Source: Magnetococcales bacterium | GTDB lineage: Bacteria > Pseudomonadota > Magnetococcia > Magnetococcales > JADFWT01 | NCBI GenBank assembly: GCA_015233785.1 | Contig: JADFWT010000001.1 | Coordinates: 27,752-91,751, forward strand | Length of the DNA stretch: 64,000 bases | Reading direction: 5' to 3' | In this document: one piece after another, positions 34,704-44,481 of the stretch | Layout of the letters: each line of letters opens with the position of its first letter | How positions within the stretch are numbered: the stretch's first letter is position 1 | Translations under genes and position numbers: made by a program | The notes under the pieces: generated by a model | Seen by the model: only the letters and a program-made list of their open reading frames with translations | Database searches by the model: none | What the model was told of the DNA's origin: nothing

Positions 34704-37052
34704 ATGTCAGAAATGAACGCCACTCTGTTGAGGAGTACCCTCATGCATGACGAAAACAGACAGGAAACCGGGCGCCAGGTCACTCTGAAAGAGGCACTGG
34801 AGATGGCGGTTCAACACCATCGTGCCGGTGAGTTGAACCAGGCGGAAACGCTCTATCGCCAAATTCTGAATGCCGACCCCAGGCAGGCTGATGCACTCCA
34901 CCTTCTCGGTGTGATCGCCCATCAGGCGGAACAGCTTGATCAGGCCGAACGACTGATGAAGCAAGCCCTGGAGTCACAACCGGACATGATCGGCGTCAAC
35001 GGCAATCTCGGCGGTGTCTATTGGGATCGAGGGCTGCTGGATGCGGCCATCCGCTGCTACGAAGCCGAACTATGCCTCCAGCCGAATGATATGGGCATGC
35101 TCAACAATTTAGCTGTGGCCCTCACCCAACAGGAGCGCGCTGAAGAGGCCCTGGTACATATTGAACACGCCTTGAAGATCGAGCCCGATAATTTCAGCGC
35201 CCACATCAACCACGGAAAAGCTCTCAAGGCGGTCGGCGACTATTCCGCCGCTGAACTGGCCTTCCTTGAAGGGGCGAAGATCCAGACCGAATCGGCCGAA
35301 CTCTACAATAACTTAGGCCAACTTTTTCAAGAGCAGAGCATCCTGGACCGGGCGCTGGAGTGCTATCAAAAAGCACTGGACCTCGATGATGGCGATCATC
35401 CCGATCCACATAACAATCTGGGTACGGTTCTGGTGGCTATGGGACGCCCGGAAGAGGCGGTGGCGCATTACCAACACGCCTTGGATATGCGCCCCAACGA
35501 CGTCATGATTCTGCGCAATATCGGCCACGCCTTTCGCGATACAGGCAATATGGAAGAAGCCATCTCCAGCTATCGGGCCGCTCTGGAGCGCCACCCCGGC
35601 AATGCGGATATTCACAACGATCTGGGCGCTATCTATGTCGAGATGGGACGCTATGATGACGCTGAACCCCTCTATCGGGCAGGATTAATGCTCAACCCCC
35701 GCCACACGGACATGATGAGCAATCTGGGACTGCTGATGGTGGAGTTGGGACGCACAGGAGAGGCGGTGGCCTGCTACCAAAAGGCGCTGACACACAACCC
35801 CACGCCGCACGTAGTAAAAAGCTTGCTGGGATCACTTCTCTACCTGCCGGACATGAATCCCATTGTGCTGTTCGATGCCTTCCGGCGTCATATGGCGCAC
35901 ACGCTTCCGGAGCAGAGCCCGCTCACCCCCAATCCTGAGCCACACCCCAAACGACTACGCATTGGCTACCTCTCCAGCGACCTGTGCGACCACCCTGTGG
36001 GGCACAACGTAGGACCGCTCATGGAACACCACGACGCTGAACGCTTTGAAGTGTTCTGCTACGCGGAAACCACCAGAGAAGATGCCATTTCGGCCCGTTT
36101 TCAGGAACATTGCCACCACTGGCTGGAGATAGGCCACCTCAACGACCGACAGATCGCCGAACGCATTCACAGCGACGGCATCCATATCATGGTCTACCTT
36201 GCAGGGCTGTTTGACAACAATCGTCTCCTCGTGGCGGCTCACCGCCCGGCCCCGGTTCAGGTCAGCTTCCACAGCGGTGCAACCACCACACTACAGCAGA
36301 TGGATTACTGGCTTACCGATGGTGTGCTACACCCTGAGGAGGCAACCCTGGAGCGCTTTTCAGAGCGCCTCTTTCGACTGCCTATGTTCTACAACTATCC
36401 TATCCCGGACCATGCTCCCCCCATCTCGCCACTACCTGCCGATGAGAAGGGACACATTGGCTTTATCTCACTCAACAACCCCTCCAAAGTGAATGATGCA
36501 GTGGTGGATCTGTGGTCTTCCATTCTGCGCAGAATCCCCGATGCCACCCTGACGTTGAAATATCGCAATCGCTATGAAACCACATCACTTAGAGCTCGGC
36601 TGGGCAAAGCATTCAAACAGCGCGGCATCGATACCCGACGCATACTCTTTCTCAGCGCCTTAGACCAACTGGATGAACATCTGGCACTCTATGATCAGGC
36701 TGATATTGCCTTGGACCCCTTTCCATTCAGTGGGGCAACCACCACCTTCCAGGCCCTCTGGATGGGCGTACCGGTGATCTCGTTGCTTGGTGATAATTTT
36801 TGCGGACGAATGGCAGCGGATATTCTGGTGCACACCGGCCTTGAAGAGCTGACGGCTAAAGATAAATCCTCCTATATCAATCTGGCAGTAACATTGGCCA
36901 ATGACCGAAACAGACTACGCAAACTGCGTGCAAGCATACGGAAGCAGGTCATGGCATCACCGATCTGTGATGGGAAAGGATATGCTCAGAGTATGGAGAA
37001 AGCTTATGAAGAGATGTGGAAGAAACGAATACTTGGGCAGGTTCCGGAGTAG
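34704..37052 (+). CDS. TPR-GT41 (OGT-like) glycosyltransferase, paralog 8
   Basis: 782-aa ORF, the longest TPR array in the set. Motifs: RIGYLSSDLCDHPVGHNVGPL and DIALDPFPFSGATTTFQALWMGVPVISLLG. Confidence 0.9.
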   Translation: MSEMNATLLRSTLMHDENRQETGRQVTLKEALEMAVQHHRAGELNQAETLYRQILNADPRQADALHLLGVIAHQAEQLDQAERLMKQALESQPDMIGVNGNLGGVYWDRGLLDAAIRCYEAELCLQPNDMGMLNNLAVALTQQERAEEALVHIEHALKIEPDNFSAHINHGKALKAVGDYSAAELAFLEGAKIQTESAELYNNLGQLFQEQSILDRALECYQKALDLDDGDHPDPHNNLGTVLVAMGRPEEAVAHYQHALDMRPNDVMILRNIGHAFRDTGNMEEAISSYRAALERHPGNADIHNDLGAIYVEMGRYDDAEPLYRAGLMLNPRHTDMMSNLGLLMVELGRTGEAVACYQKALTHNPTPHVVKSLLGSLLYLPDMNPIVLFDAFRRHMAHTLPEQSPLTPNPEPHPKRLRIGYLSSDLCDHPVGHNVGPLMEHHDAERFEVFCYAETTREDAISARFQEHCHHWLEIGHLNDRQIAERIHSDGIHIMVYLAGLFDNNRLLVAAHRPAPVQVSFHSGATTTLQQMDYWLTDGVLHPEEATLERFSERLFRLPMFYNYPIPDHAPPISPLPADEKGHIGFISLNNPSKVNDAVVDLWSSILRRIPDATLTLKYRNRYETTSLRARLGKAFKQRGIDTRRILFLSALDQLDEHLALYDQADIALDPFPFSGATTTFQALWMGVPVISLLGDNFCGRMAADILVHTGLEELTAKDKSSYINLAVTLANDRNRLRKLRASIRKQVMASPICDGKGYAQSMEKAYEEMWKKRILGQVPE

Positions 37053-37074
37053 GCAATGGAGGAAAAACAAACAA

Positions 37075-39195
37075 TCAGGTAAAGTCCCGCATTTTCTCTT
37101 CCACACGCTGTGGTACCGATGTGAAGTAGACCGTCAAAACCCCCTCACAGACGTCTAAAACTTTACCAAAAAGCTGATCGGAGACCTGTTCGCCACGCTT
37201 GTTGAACAGCTCCACCTTCAGGTTGGTCATACGATCCACATTAAGGGGCGTCGTGATTTCAGTGAGCGGATAGTTAATGGCCGTAATACGACCATCATAA
37301 ATTTCTTCAGCCGCATACTTCCCATCCATGATCATCAGCCGCACCTGATGAGCATAGTGGAGAGGATGCACAACAATCTGGTCCATCTCGGGAAGACGGA
37401 TCTGATAGACCCCCTCGATACCACCCACCTGGAAAACTGAAATCGGCTTGGAAACCCCCTTGGGAGCCACGCGCCACTCGTCATCAATACGCAGAATAGG
37501 GCCACAAGCATTACGGGTGCTCTCAGAGATCAAGATCTGTCCGCCCACGGTCAGAGACTCAATGCGTGCCGTCAGGTTGATGGCATTGCCCACCACGCCA
37601 TACTTACTGCGTTTATCGGAGCCGATGTTGCCGGCAATCACCAGGCCGGTGTTAATCCCTCCGCCCATCACCATTTGCGGATAACCCAGTTCACGATTTT
37701 TCTCGTTTACCTTGGGCATCGCCAACTGCATGGCCAACGCGCAGGCCACCGCCCGCTGAGCATCATCCTCCCTGGGAATCGGAGCACCAAACAGCACCAG
37801 TATACCATCACCCAAAAACTCAATGATGGTGCCGTTGTACTGATGGATAATCTCGGTCATCGCCTCCAGATAGAGGTTCAGCATGGTAATAACATCTTCC
37901 GGAGCCATGCGTTCACTAACCGCCGTAAAGCCGCGCAGGTCGGTCATCATCACCGTCACCTCACGCTGCTCGCCCCCCAACTCCAATCCATCCGGGGTGT
38001 CCAGAATGGTCTTGACCACCTCGTCGGACATATAGCGACCAAAGGTCTTTCGGATAAAGTGGTTGGCGCGGTCCAGCTTTTCGTTGGCCTCTTTCTCATC
38101 CGCCAACGCCTTGCGTACCCGATCATCCATCTCATGACGCTGGATAATCACCGACAGAATCGAGGCGATGGATCTTAGAAAATCTTCATTCTCCTGAGAG
38201 AGCTGCTGACCCACATTCAAGTAGAGATTCATCACACCCAATACCCGCTCATCCGCCAAAATGGGAATGCAGCAGTGTCGGTGGGGAGTCTCCATCTCCA
38301 GGGATTTGATATCATGCCGTGGGTCGTCAAAGTCGGCGTGAATAATCTCACGTTCCAGAGCAGCCCGACCACAGATGCAGCGTCCAAACGGCACCCGGCC
38401 GCAGGTATCAAACAGATGCCGTACATCTTCCGAATAGGCACGCAGCACCAGATCTCCTGTATCTGGATCGGTAATAAATATCGCCCCTTTAGGCTGAACC
38501 TGAAGCCAAGGTAGATAAAAAAGCATGATCAATACTTGGTCCAACTGATCCTGGAGCGGAACCGGCTCCATAGCGGAGTGGAGAAGCATCTGGATCAGTT
38601 GAGAGCCATCCATGGACTGGGTAAGCTCTTTTTCGGTTTTACTCCGCTGAATCATTTCCGCCAGGGTGCCGGCGGCTGTACTGAGAAACACCTCCTCATC
38701 AGAATCGCGCACATGACCCTCAGGAAGATAGAGCGTCAAAACCCCTTGAAGCTCCATATCTTTGGAGAGAATCGGCACACAATAGTGACCATGCGGATGA
38801 ATGCCTTCCACCTGAGTTTCATGGGAATCGTGAGACGATACAAACACCAACTCCTTGAGCTCCGCCGCTTTTCCGCAGAGACATTTTCCCACTGGTATCT
38901 CGGAGCAGGTTTTCACCATATCCGGCAGAAAGTTACGGTGTGCGGTCAGAGTGAGGTTGTTACGTTTCTTATCAAAAAGAAAAATGGCCGCTCGATCATC
39001 CATCAGGGACCAAGAAACACTGAGAATGATGCCCAATGCAATTTCAAACTGCTCCTGAAGAGAGGCGTGGGCTTCAATGCTGGTCTTGAGAAGGGCATTA
39101 ATAGCACGCTGCGACTCATGGTCACGCATCTTGCGCGCCTCTCGCTTTTTTGCCGCAGATCCAGGCCAATTAATTAGATTCATGGAAAATCCCAT
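37075..39195 (-). CDS. GAF-GAF class III nucleotidyl cyclase (cyclase 3)
   Basis: 706-aa ORF. It has two GAF-like domains, each with a C-x7-C-x-C-G-(K/R)-A-A motif and a His/Cys cluster. The catalytic domain reads VTVMMTDLRGFT...IIEFLGDGILVLFGAP...KYGVVGNAINLTARIES. Confidence 0.85.
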   Translation of the reverse strand: MGFSMNLINWPGSAAKKREARKMRDHESQRAINALLKTSIEAHASLQEQFEIALGIILSVSWSLMDDRAAIFLFDKKRNNLTLTAHRNFLPDMVKTCSEIPVGKCLCGKAAELKELVFVSSHDSHETQVEGIHPHGHYCVPILSKDMELQGVLTLYLPEGHVRDSDEEVFLSTAAGTLAEMIQRSKTEKELTQSMDGSQLIQMLLHSAMEPVPLQDQLDQVLIMLFYLPWLQVQPKGAIFITDPDTGDLVLRAYSEDVRHLFDTCGRVPFGRCICGRAALEREIIHADFDDPRHDIKSLEMETPHRHCCIPILADERVLGVMNLYLNVGQQLSQENEDFLRSIASILSVIIQRHEMDDRVRKALADEKEANEKLDRANHFIRKTFGRYMSDEVVKTILDTPDGLELGGEQREVTVMMTDLRGFTAVSERMAPEDVITMLNLYLEAMTEIIHQYNGTIIEFLGDGILVLFGAPIPREDDAQRAVACALAMQLAMPKVNEKNRELGYPQMVMGGGINTGLVIAGNIGSDKRSKYGVVGNAINLTARIESLTVGGQILISESTRNACGPILRIDDEWRVAPKGVSKPISVFQVGGIEGVYQIRLPEMDQIVVHPLHYAHQVRLMIMDGKYAAEEIYDGRITAINYPLTEITTPLNVDRMTNLKVELFNKRGEQVSDQLFGKVLDVCEGVLTVYFTSVPQRVEEKMRDFT

Positions 39196-39601
39196 CCCTC
39201 ACGTCAATCCAGGGTACATCACAGATCAATCCTTACGTAAATTATGGAGGTAAATGGGAAAGAAGACAATTTAAACTCTTCTTCACATAGATCACGAAGT
39301 TTTGATCGGAAAATTATGTCATTATATTAACAAATATGCTCATACGCTGAATTTATATGTGGTTATTTTGCCAACACTTCACAATCGAACCTTCTTCAAG
39401 ACACCATCAATACTGTAAAATACTTTTACAATACATCCCTCTATGCCTCTCCAAAACAGAGGATAATATGTGTATCATACATGCTCGACATAAGTGACGC
39501 CCCCACAGGCTACCAGTCAACCATATAAACTATGCATACGGACCCTTATTGGTCGTACGATAGCGATCCCTGTACGCCACCCTTTGCTGGAAAGAGGCAG
39601 A

Positions 39602-41599
39602 ATGAAACGTCAAACTCCCCGCCAGAGGCAGAATCAACACACTCTGAATCAGACACTCTCCATAGCCATCCAACATCACCAACAAGGGCATCTGGATCAG
39701 GCTGAACCGCTCTACCGGGAGATATTGCGCGGAGTTCCCGACCAGCCCAATGCAACGCATCTGCTAGGTGTTATCTCCATTCAACGCGGTCGCCCGGCCG
39801 AGGCGATCCCGCTCATCCGTAAAGCCCTGAGAAGCCAACCCAACAACACCGATATGTTATGCCATCTGGCCAGCGCCTTCATGGACAACAGCAATCTGGA
39901 TCAAGCAGAACAAAATTTTCGCAAAGCCCTACAATTCCAGCCCAACCTGGCCTTGGCCCACAATAATCTCAGTCTAGTCTTGCACCGCAAAGGACAGCTC
40001 CAGGCTTCCGAAGCCAGTGGCCGACGTGCCGTTGAGCTGGACCCCGATATTGCCGAAGCCCACAACAATCTTGGAATCGCCCTTAAAGATCAAAACAAGT
40101 TGGACGAGGCGGAGCATCACCTCAAGCGGGCACTGGAACTCAACCCAAATTTTCTGGAAGCCTACAACAATTTGGCCGATCTCTTCAGAAAACGCGGGCT
40201 CCTGCAACAATCGGTGGAGTCCTACCAAAAAGCCCTGGAGATCAATCCCAATCACGCGGACACACATAACAATCTTGGCGTGGCCTATCTTGATCAGGGA
40301 CGTTTGGAGCTTGCACGGGCCTGCTATGAAAAATCCCTCTCTATTGCCCAAGACACGCGCATGGTTCGTAATCTTCTGAATGTTCTGCTTTATGATGCCT
40401 CTCTTTCCCCACGAAAGCTGTATGAACTCTATCGACAACATATCAACGCCTGCCGTCCAGCAGAGGCCGCTGCACTCCTATCCGCCAAAGCCCGCGCCAA
40501 ACGCCCAGCCACCAAACGGCTCAGAGTCGGTTACCTCTCCGGCGATTTTCGCAACCACCCAGTGGCCCGTAATATCCTCCCCCTGTTGAACCACCATGAC
40601 CCAGAGGCTGTGGAGCTGTTTTGCTACAGTAACGCCCCCGAACGGGATGAGATGACCAAACAGATCAAAAAGGCCGCCCACCACTGGCGATCCGTCCACG
40701 AAATGACCGACTTTCAGACCGCACGGCGCATCCAGCGCGATCGAATTCAGGTAATGGTCTATCTGGCCGGATCCTTTGATAATAATCCATTTCTGGTGCC
40801 TATCTACAGACCGGCCCCGGTGCAGGTGAGCTTTCACAACGGCACCACCACCGCCTTGGATGAGATGGACTACTGGATGACCGATTCGGTCCTTCATCCC
40901 GAAGAGGACTTCGTTGAGCCGTTCAGCGAAACACTATATCGGCTACCGGTATTCTATAACTATCCCATACCCGATGAGCTGCCGCCCCCCTCATCTTCCC
41001 CTTTTGAGACAAACGGCTTCATCACCTTCGCATCCCTCAGTAACCCCTCGAAAATCAATGATGCCGTCATTGATCTATGGGCAGAGATCATGCGCCTGGT
41101 CCCCGACGCTCGCCTGATGCTTAAATACCGTAACCGCTACGCCGATCCCGGACTCTGCACCCAATTGAGAGAGGCGTTCAAGCACCGCCATGTGGACGCC
41201 CATCGACTACAATTTCTCACCTCCTGGGATAGTGACCAGGAACATATAAAGAGCTATTTCCAAGCCGATATCGCCCTGGACCCCTTCCCATTCAGTGGCG
41301 CCACCACTACCTTTCAGGCGCTCAGCATGGGGGTGCCCGTCGTCACACTGCGAGGTCGCAATTTCATCGGACGCATGGGGACCGATATTCTGGTACATGC
41401 CGGTTTTTCGTCATGGGCTGCACAGGATCATCCAAGCTATGTCAAGCAAGCCGTAGCACTGGCAGAAAACACCAACCAGCTTCGGACCCTTCGTCAAACA
41501 CTTCGACAAAGACTCATAGAGTCGCCAATCTGCGATGCTCGACAGTACGCCCAAAACGTGGAGAACGGATATCGACGGATGTGGGAATCCTCAATATGA
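39602..41599 (+). CDS. TPR-GT41 (OGT-like) glycosyltransferase, paralog 9
   Basis: The ORF is open from 39494. ATG 39602 (MKRQTPRQRQ..LSIAIQHHQQGHL) matches paralog N-termini. Motifs: RVGYLSGDFRNHPVARNILPL and DIALDPFPFSGATTTFQALSMGVPVVTLRG. Confidence 0.8.
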   Translation: MKRQTPRQRQNQHTLNQTLSIAIQHHQQGHLDQAEPLYREILRGVPDQPNATHLLGVISIQRGRPAEAIPLIRKALRSQPNNTDMLCHLASAFMDNSNLDQAEQNFRKALQFQPNLALAHNNLSLVLHRKGQLQASEASGRRAVELDPDIAEAHNNLGIALKDQNKLDEAEHHLKRALELNPNFLEAYNNLADLFRKRGLLQQSVESYQKALEINPNHADTHNNLGVAYLDQGRLELARACYEKSLSIAQDTRMVRNLLNVLLYDASLSPRKLYELYRQHINACRPAEAAALLSAKARAKRPATKRLRVGYLSGDFRNHPVARNILPLLNHHDPEAVELFCYSNAPERDEMTKQIKKAAHHWRSVHEMTDFQTARRIQRDRIQVMVYLAGSFDNNPFLVPIYRPAPVQVSFHNGTTTALDEMDYWMTDSVLHPEEDFVEPFSETLYRLPVFYNYPIPDELPPPSSSPFETNGFITFASLSNPSKINDAVIDLWAEIMRLVPDARLMLKYRNRYADPGLCTQLREAFKHRHVDAHRLQFLTSWDSDQEHIKSYFQADIALDPFPFSGATTTFQALSMGVPVVTLRGRNFIGRMGTDILVHAGFSSWAAQDHPSYVKQAVALAENTNQLRTLRQTLRQRLIESPICDARQYAQNVENGYRRMWESSI

Positions 41600-41846
41600 A
41601 CAATATGCGTAAATTGTCCATTTTTTTCCCCTTTTAGTTAAAAACTGTTCTATACTAGGCACCATTCATCCAAGAAATTCCGTCCGACGGCTACGTTACG
41701 GTGCGATTTGTTTCACGCGGTCTATTCTCGTTTCCAGATTCGTACCTTCTTTACGGCTGCCCTGCGATGTGGTGTAATGGGGATAGATCTTGATTTATCT
41801 GGATCGTCGGACCTGCCCTATCAGAAGATGATTCTCTTGCCGGAGT

Positions 41847-42038
41847 GTGTGCATGATTTTTTCTACGGCGTTTCTGTTTGGTGACGAAGCTGGGTTCATC
41901 CTGGCTGTTTTGGTTGCTCTGGCTATGGTGCTTGGAGCTCTGAAACTCTTTTCCAGCCAAGAGCCGGCCCGAGTTCCGGTTCCGGTTCGTCGCCGCTCTT
42001 CCATGCCTCGTCGCAGGCGCCATCACGACTGGGGATAG
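41847..42038 (+). CDS. Possible small membrane protein (one TM helix plus Arg-rich tail)
   Basis: 63-aa ORF reading MCMIFSTAFLFGDEAGFILAVLVALAMVLGALKLF...RRRSSMPRRRRHHDWG, with GGAG 7 nt upstream. It lies in an unusually long (514 nt) convergent intergenic gap. No homology was recognised. Confidence 0.25.
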   Translation: MCMIFSTAFLFGDEAGFILAVLVALAMVLGALKLFSSQEPARVPVPVRRRSSMPRRRRHHDWG

Positions 42039-42113
42039 GCTGCGAGTTTTCTGCTCTGCCTTTCTATTTGGTATCATGCCGTCATGTACGGTAGCGACAG
42101 CGCCTGGATCCAA

Positions 42114-44294
42114 TCATTTTACTGGGTTATTGATATGATTTTGGACCGCTCGGGCACGCCCTGTTCCAAATGAGGTCGGCTCCTCTCCCCTGCACCAGCG
42201 TCGCCAGGCTATGCGAAGCGCCGTCTCAAACTCAGCAGTGTGCAGGCGGGGGTTCATCAGGTTAGAGGCCTGCATCATTGGCCGGAGGCGCTTTCGATAC
42301 GCGCTCAGCCGCTCTGGGTCCTGGGCCAATGCGACAGCAATCCTGACATACTCTGCGCCATCTCTCGCCGCCAGCTCAGGGGCGCCAATGCGGCTTAAAT
42401 GGCTGTAGGTGTAGCGCCCATAGAGGGTCTCTCCAATTAACGTTACCGTCGGGATCCCCATCCAGAGCGACTCCGCCGACGTGCGCCCCCCCACAAACGG
42501 CAGGGTATCAAGCGCCAAATCTACCCGCTGATAGAGCGCCAAATGTTCCGTCTCCGCCACCAATCCAAGAATCTCCAATCGGGCCGTATCCACACCATAT
42601 TCAGCCAGCCGTGTTTGCAGGCGTTGTTGAATCTCCGGAAGATCGAGGAATTTCCCCTTGAGCAGCAACCGAGCCGTGGGAAGCGCTGTCAGAATCTCCG
42701 CCCATAGATGCAGCAGTCTATCGGAGAGCTTGGCTGGATTGGTAAAGACCCCCAGCGTGACACATCCAGCCTGCTCCGAAGGGGGCGCACCAATGGCAGG
42801 AGCCTGATCAAAGCCGGTCACCTGAAAACCGCCCTCCAACTCAATGATTTTTTCGGTAGCATGGGCCTGCATGGCCCCGTCACGATTGAGCCAACGATCT
42901 CCAATCGCGTAGTCCATGGCGCTGAGTCCGCTGGTCATGCCCTGGCACTGAAAGGCAATCTGAATCGGTGCCGGCTTACGAGCAAATACCGGCAACCGGT
43001 TATCGGCCCAGTGGCCCATGGGGTCGATCAAAATATCAATCTCGTCCGCCACGATGCGGGCAGCAATCTCATCATCCGAGAGGGTATGCACAAAGGTCCA
43101 GTGGTCCACCAAGCCCCGAAGCCGCTCTGTTACCGCATCCGGCCGAGGCACATGGGCGTATATATAGATCTCTACCTGACGGGCATCATGCGCTGCCAAT
43201 ACCGGCTCCAACGAGTAGACCAAAACATGCCGGGCTAAATTGGGCGACAGATAGCCAATCTTTAAACGTCGTTCCGGGTCGGGATCGTTGGCGTGTCGGC
43301 TTGGCCAGTACGAACGGTGCGGAGCCTCAAAGATGGCCCCGGTGTGGCGAGCCTGAGCCAGCACCGCCTCGCCATTAAACTGGGACATGAACGGCATGGA
43401 GACCAGAAGGTTGCTCAACGTAGCACGATGCTCCGGCTGAATGGCCAACACCTGCCGGTAACAGGCTGCCGCTTCACTCATGCGCGCCTGATGTTTCAAA
43501 ACGCCTCCCAGATTGCCCAGCCGGTCGGCGTGGCCGGGCTGGAGCGCCAACGACGCCCGCAAGGCCTGCTCCGCCTCCACCATGCGCCCCTGATCCTCCA
43601 ACACACGCCCCAGATTTGCCAGCGCATCCACATGGTTTGGATTCAGGGCCAAAGCCTCCCCATAGGCCGCCTCCGAGGCCGGCCAAGCCCCCTGCTCATG
43701 AAGCGCCAAGCCGAGGTTGTTCCACACATCGGGCTGCTGTGGGTCACGGGCCAATGTGTATCGATACAGCGTAATGGCCTCCTCCAGCTCGCCAAGCTCC
43801 TGGAGAGCCAGACTAAGATTGGCCATCGCTTTGGGGTGGTCAGGATGGTAGGTCAGACTCTGCCGATAACTGACGACAGCCTGCTGCAACGCCCCGGATG
43901 CGTGCTGAGCGGTTCCAAGATGCGCCCAAAGTTCACCATCTTCCGGAACAGCACACAGAGCTCCCTGAAAATGGGAGACCGCCTCATCCCAATCCCCACG
44001 CCCCTGGGCTATAAATCCAGCAAGCAGCAAAGCATCCGGCTGCTGGGGATCCCTGGCCAATAGATGAACGATCACCCTGGCGGCCTCCTCCAAACGGCCA
44101 AGCTGATAGTCAGCCCGAGCCAGATGAATGGTCGCCCCAAGATGATTAGGCACCACCTGCAACACCTGTTGATACCCCGCCACAGCCTCTTCCAGACGCC
44201 CAGCCATATGGTGGCCAAGGCTATCCTGAAAATGTTGCTCTGCGGTGCGTTCATGCTCTGGATGAGATGGGGTCATTGCGCCTGTTTCTGCCAT
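42114..44294 (-). CDS. TPR-GT41 (OGT-like) glycosyltransferase, paralog 10 (subfamily C, only minus-strand copy)
   Basis: 726-aa ORF with divergent motifs KIGYLSPNLARHVLVYSLEPV and DLALDTLPFVGGRTSAESLWMGIPTVTLIG. Confidence 0.85.
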   Translation of the reverse strand: MAETGAMTPSHPEHERTAEQHFQDSLGHHMAGRLEEAVAGYQQVLQVVPNHLGATIHLARADYQLGRLEEAARVIVHLLARDPQQPDALLLAGFIAQGRGDWDEAVSHFQGALCAVPEDGELWAHLGTAQHASGALQQAVVSYRQSLTYHPDHPKAMANLSLALQELGELEEAITLYRYTLARDPQQPDVWNNLGLALHEQGAWPASEAAYGEALALNPNHVDALANLGRVLEDQGRMVEAEQALRASLALQPGHADRLGNLGGVLKHQARMSEAAACYRQVLAIQPEHRATLSNLLVSMPFMSQFNGEAVLAQARHTGAIFEAPHRSYWPSRHANDPDPERRLKIGYLSPNLARHVLVYSLEPVLAAHDARQVEIYIYAHVPRPDAVTERLRGLVDHWTFVHTLSDDEIAARIVADEIDILIDPMGHWADNRLPVFARKPAPIQIAFQCQGMTSGLSAMDYAIGDRWLNRDGAMQAHATEKIIELEGGFQVTGFDQAPAIGAPPSEQAGCVTLGVFTNPAKLSDRLLHLWAEILTALPTARLLLKGKFLDLPEIQQRLQTRLAEYGVDTARLEILGLVAETEHLALYQRVDLALDTLPFVGGRTSAESLWMGIPTVTLIGETLYGRYTYSHLSRIGAPELAARDGAEYVRIAVALAQDPERLSAYRKRLRPMMQASNLMNPRLHTAEFETALRIAWRRWCRGEEPTSFGTGRARAVQNHINNPVK

Positions 44295-44481
44295 CCCAAT
44301 GATTTATCCACCAAGGGATGATCCTGCTGATAATGTGCGATATCCTGTTTTATATGGACGACTGGCCTCTCCAGCAGCCTAAGGGTACCATCTGAACGAC
44401 GCAACGCCGAAGCGGGATTTGGATCCATCGGCAACGAACCGAACCACAGACACTCCCCTCCTGCATGAGGAGACCCGCTCA

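Noticed and set aside
41751-42113. 120-aa minus-strand ORF in the long convergent gap.
   Set aside because: The translation is polar and basic low-complexity (Ser/Arg/Asn/Gln-rich) with no hydrophobic core or motif. The overlapping plus-strand 63-codon ORF looks more gene-like, though it is also unproven.
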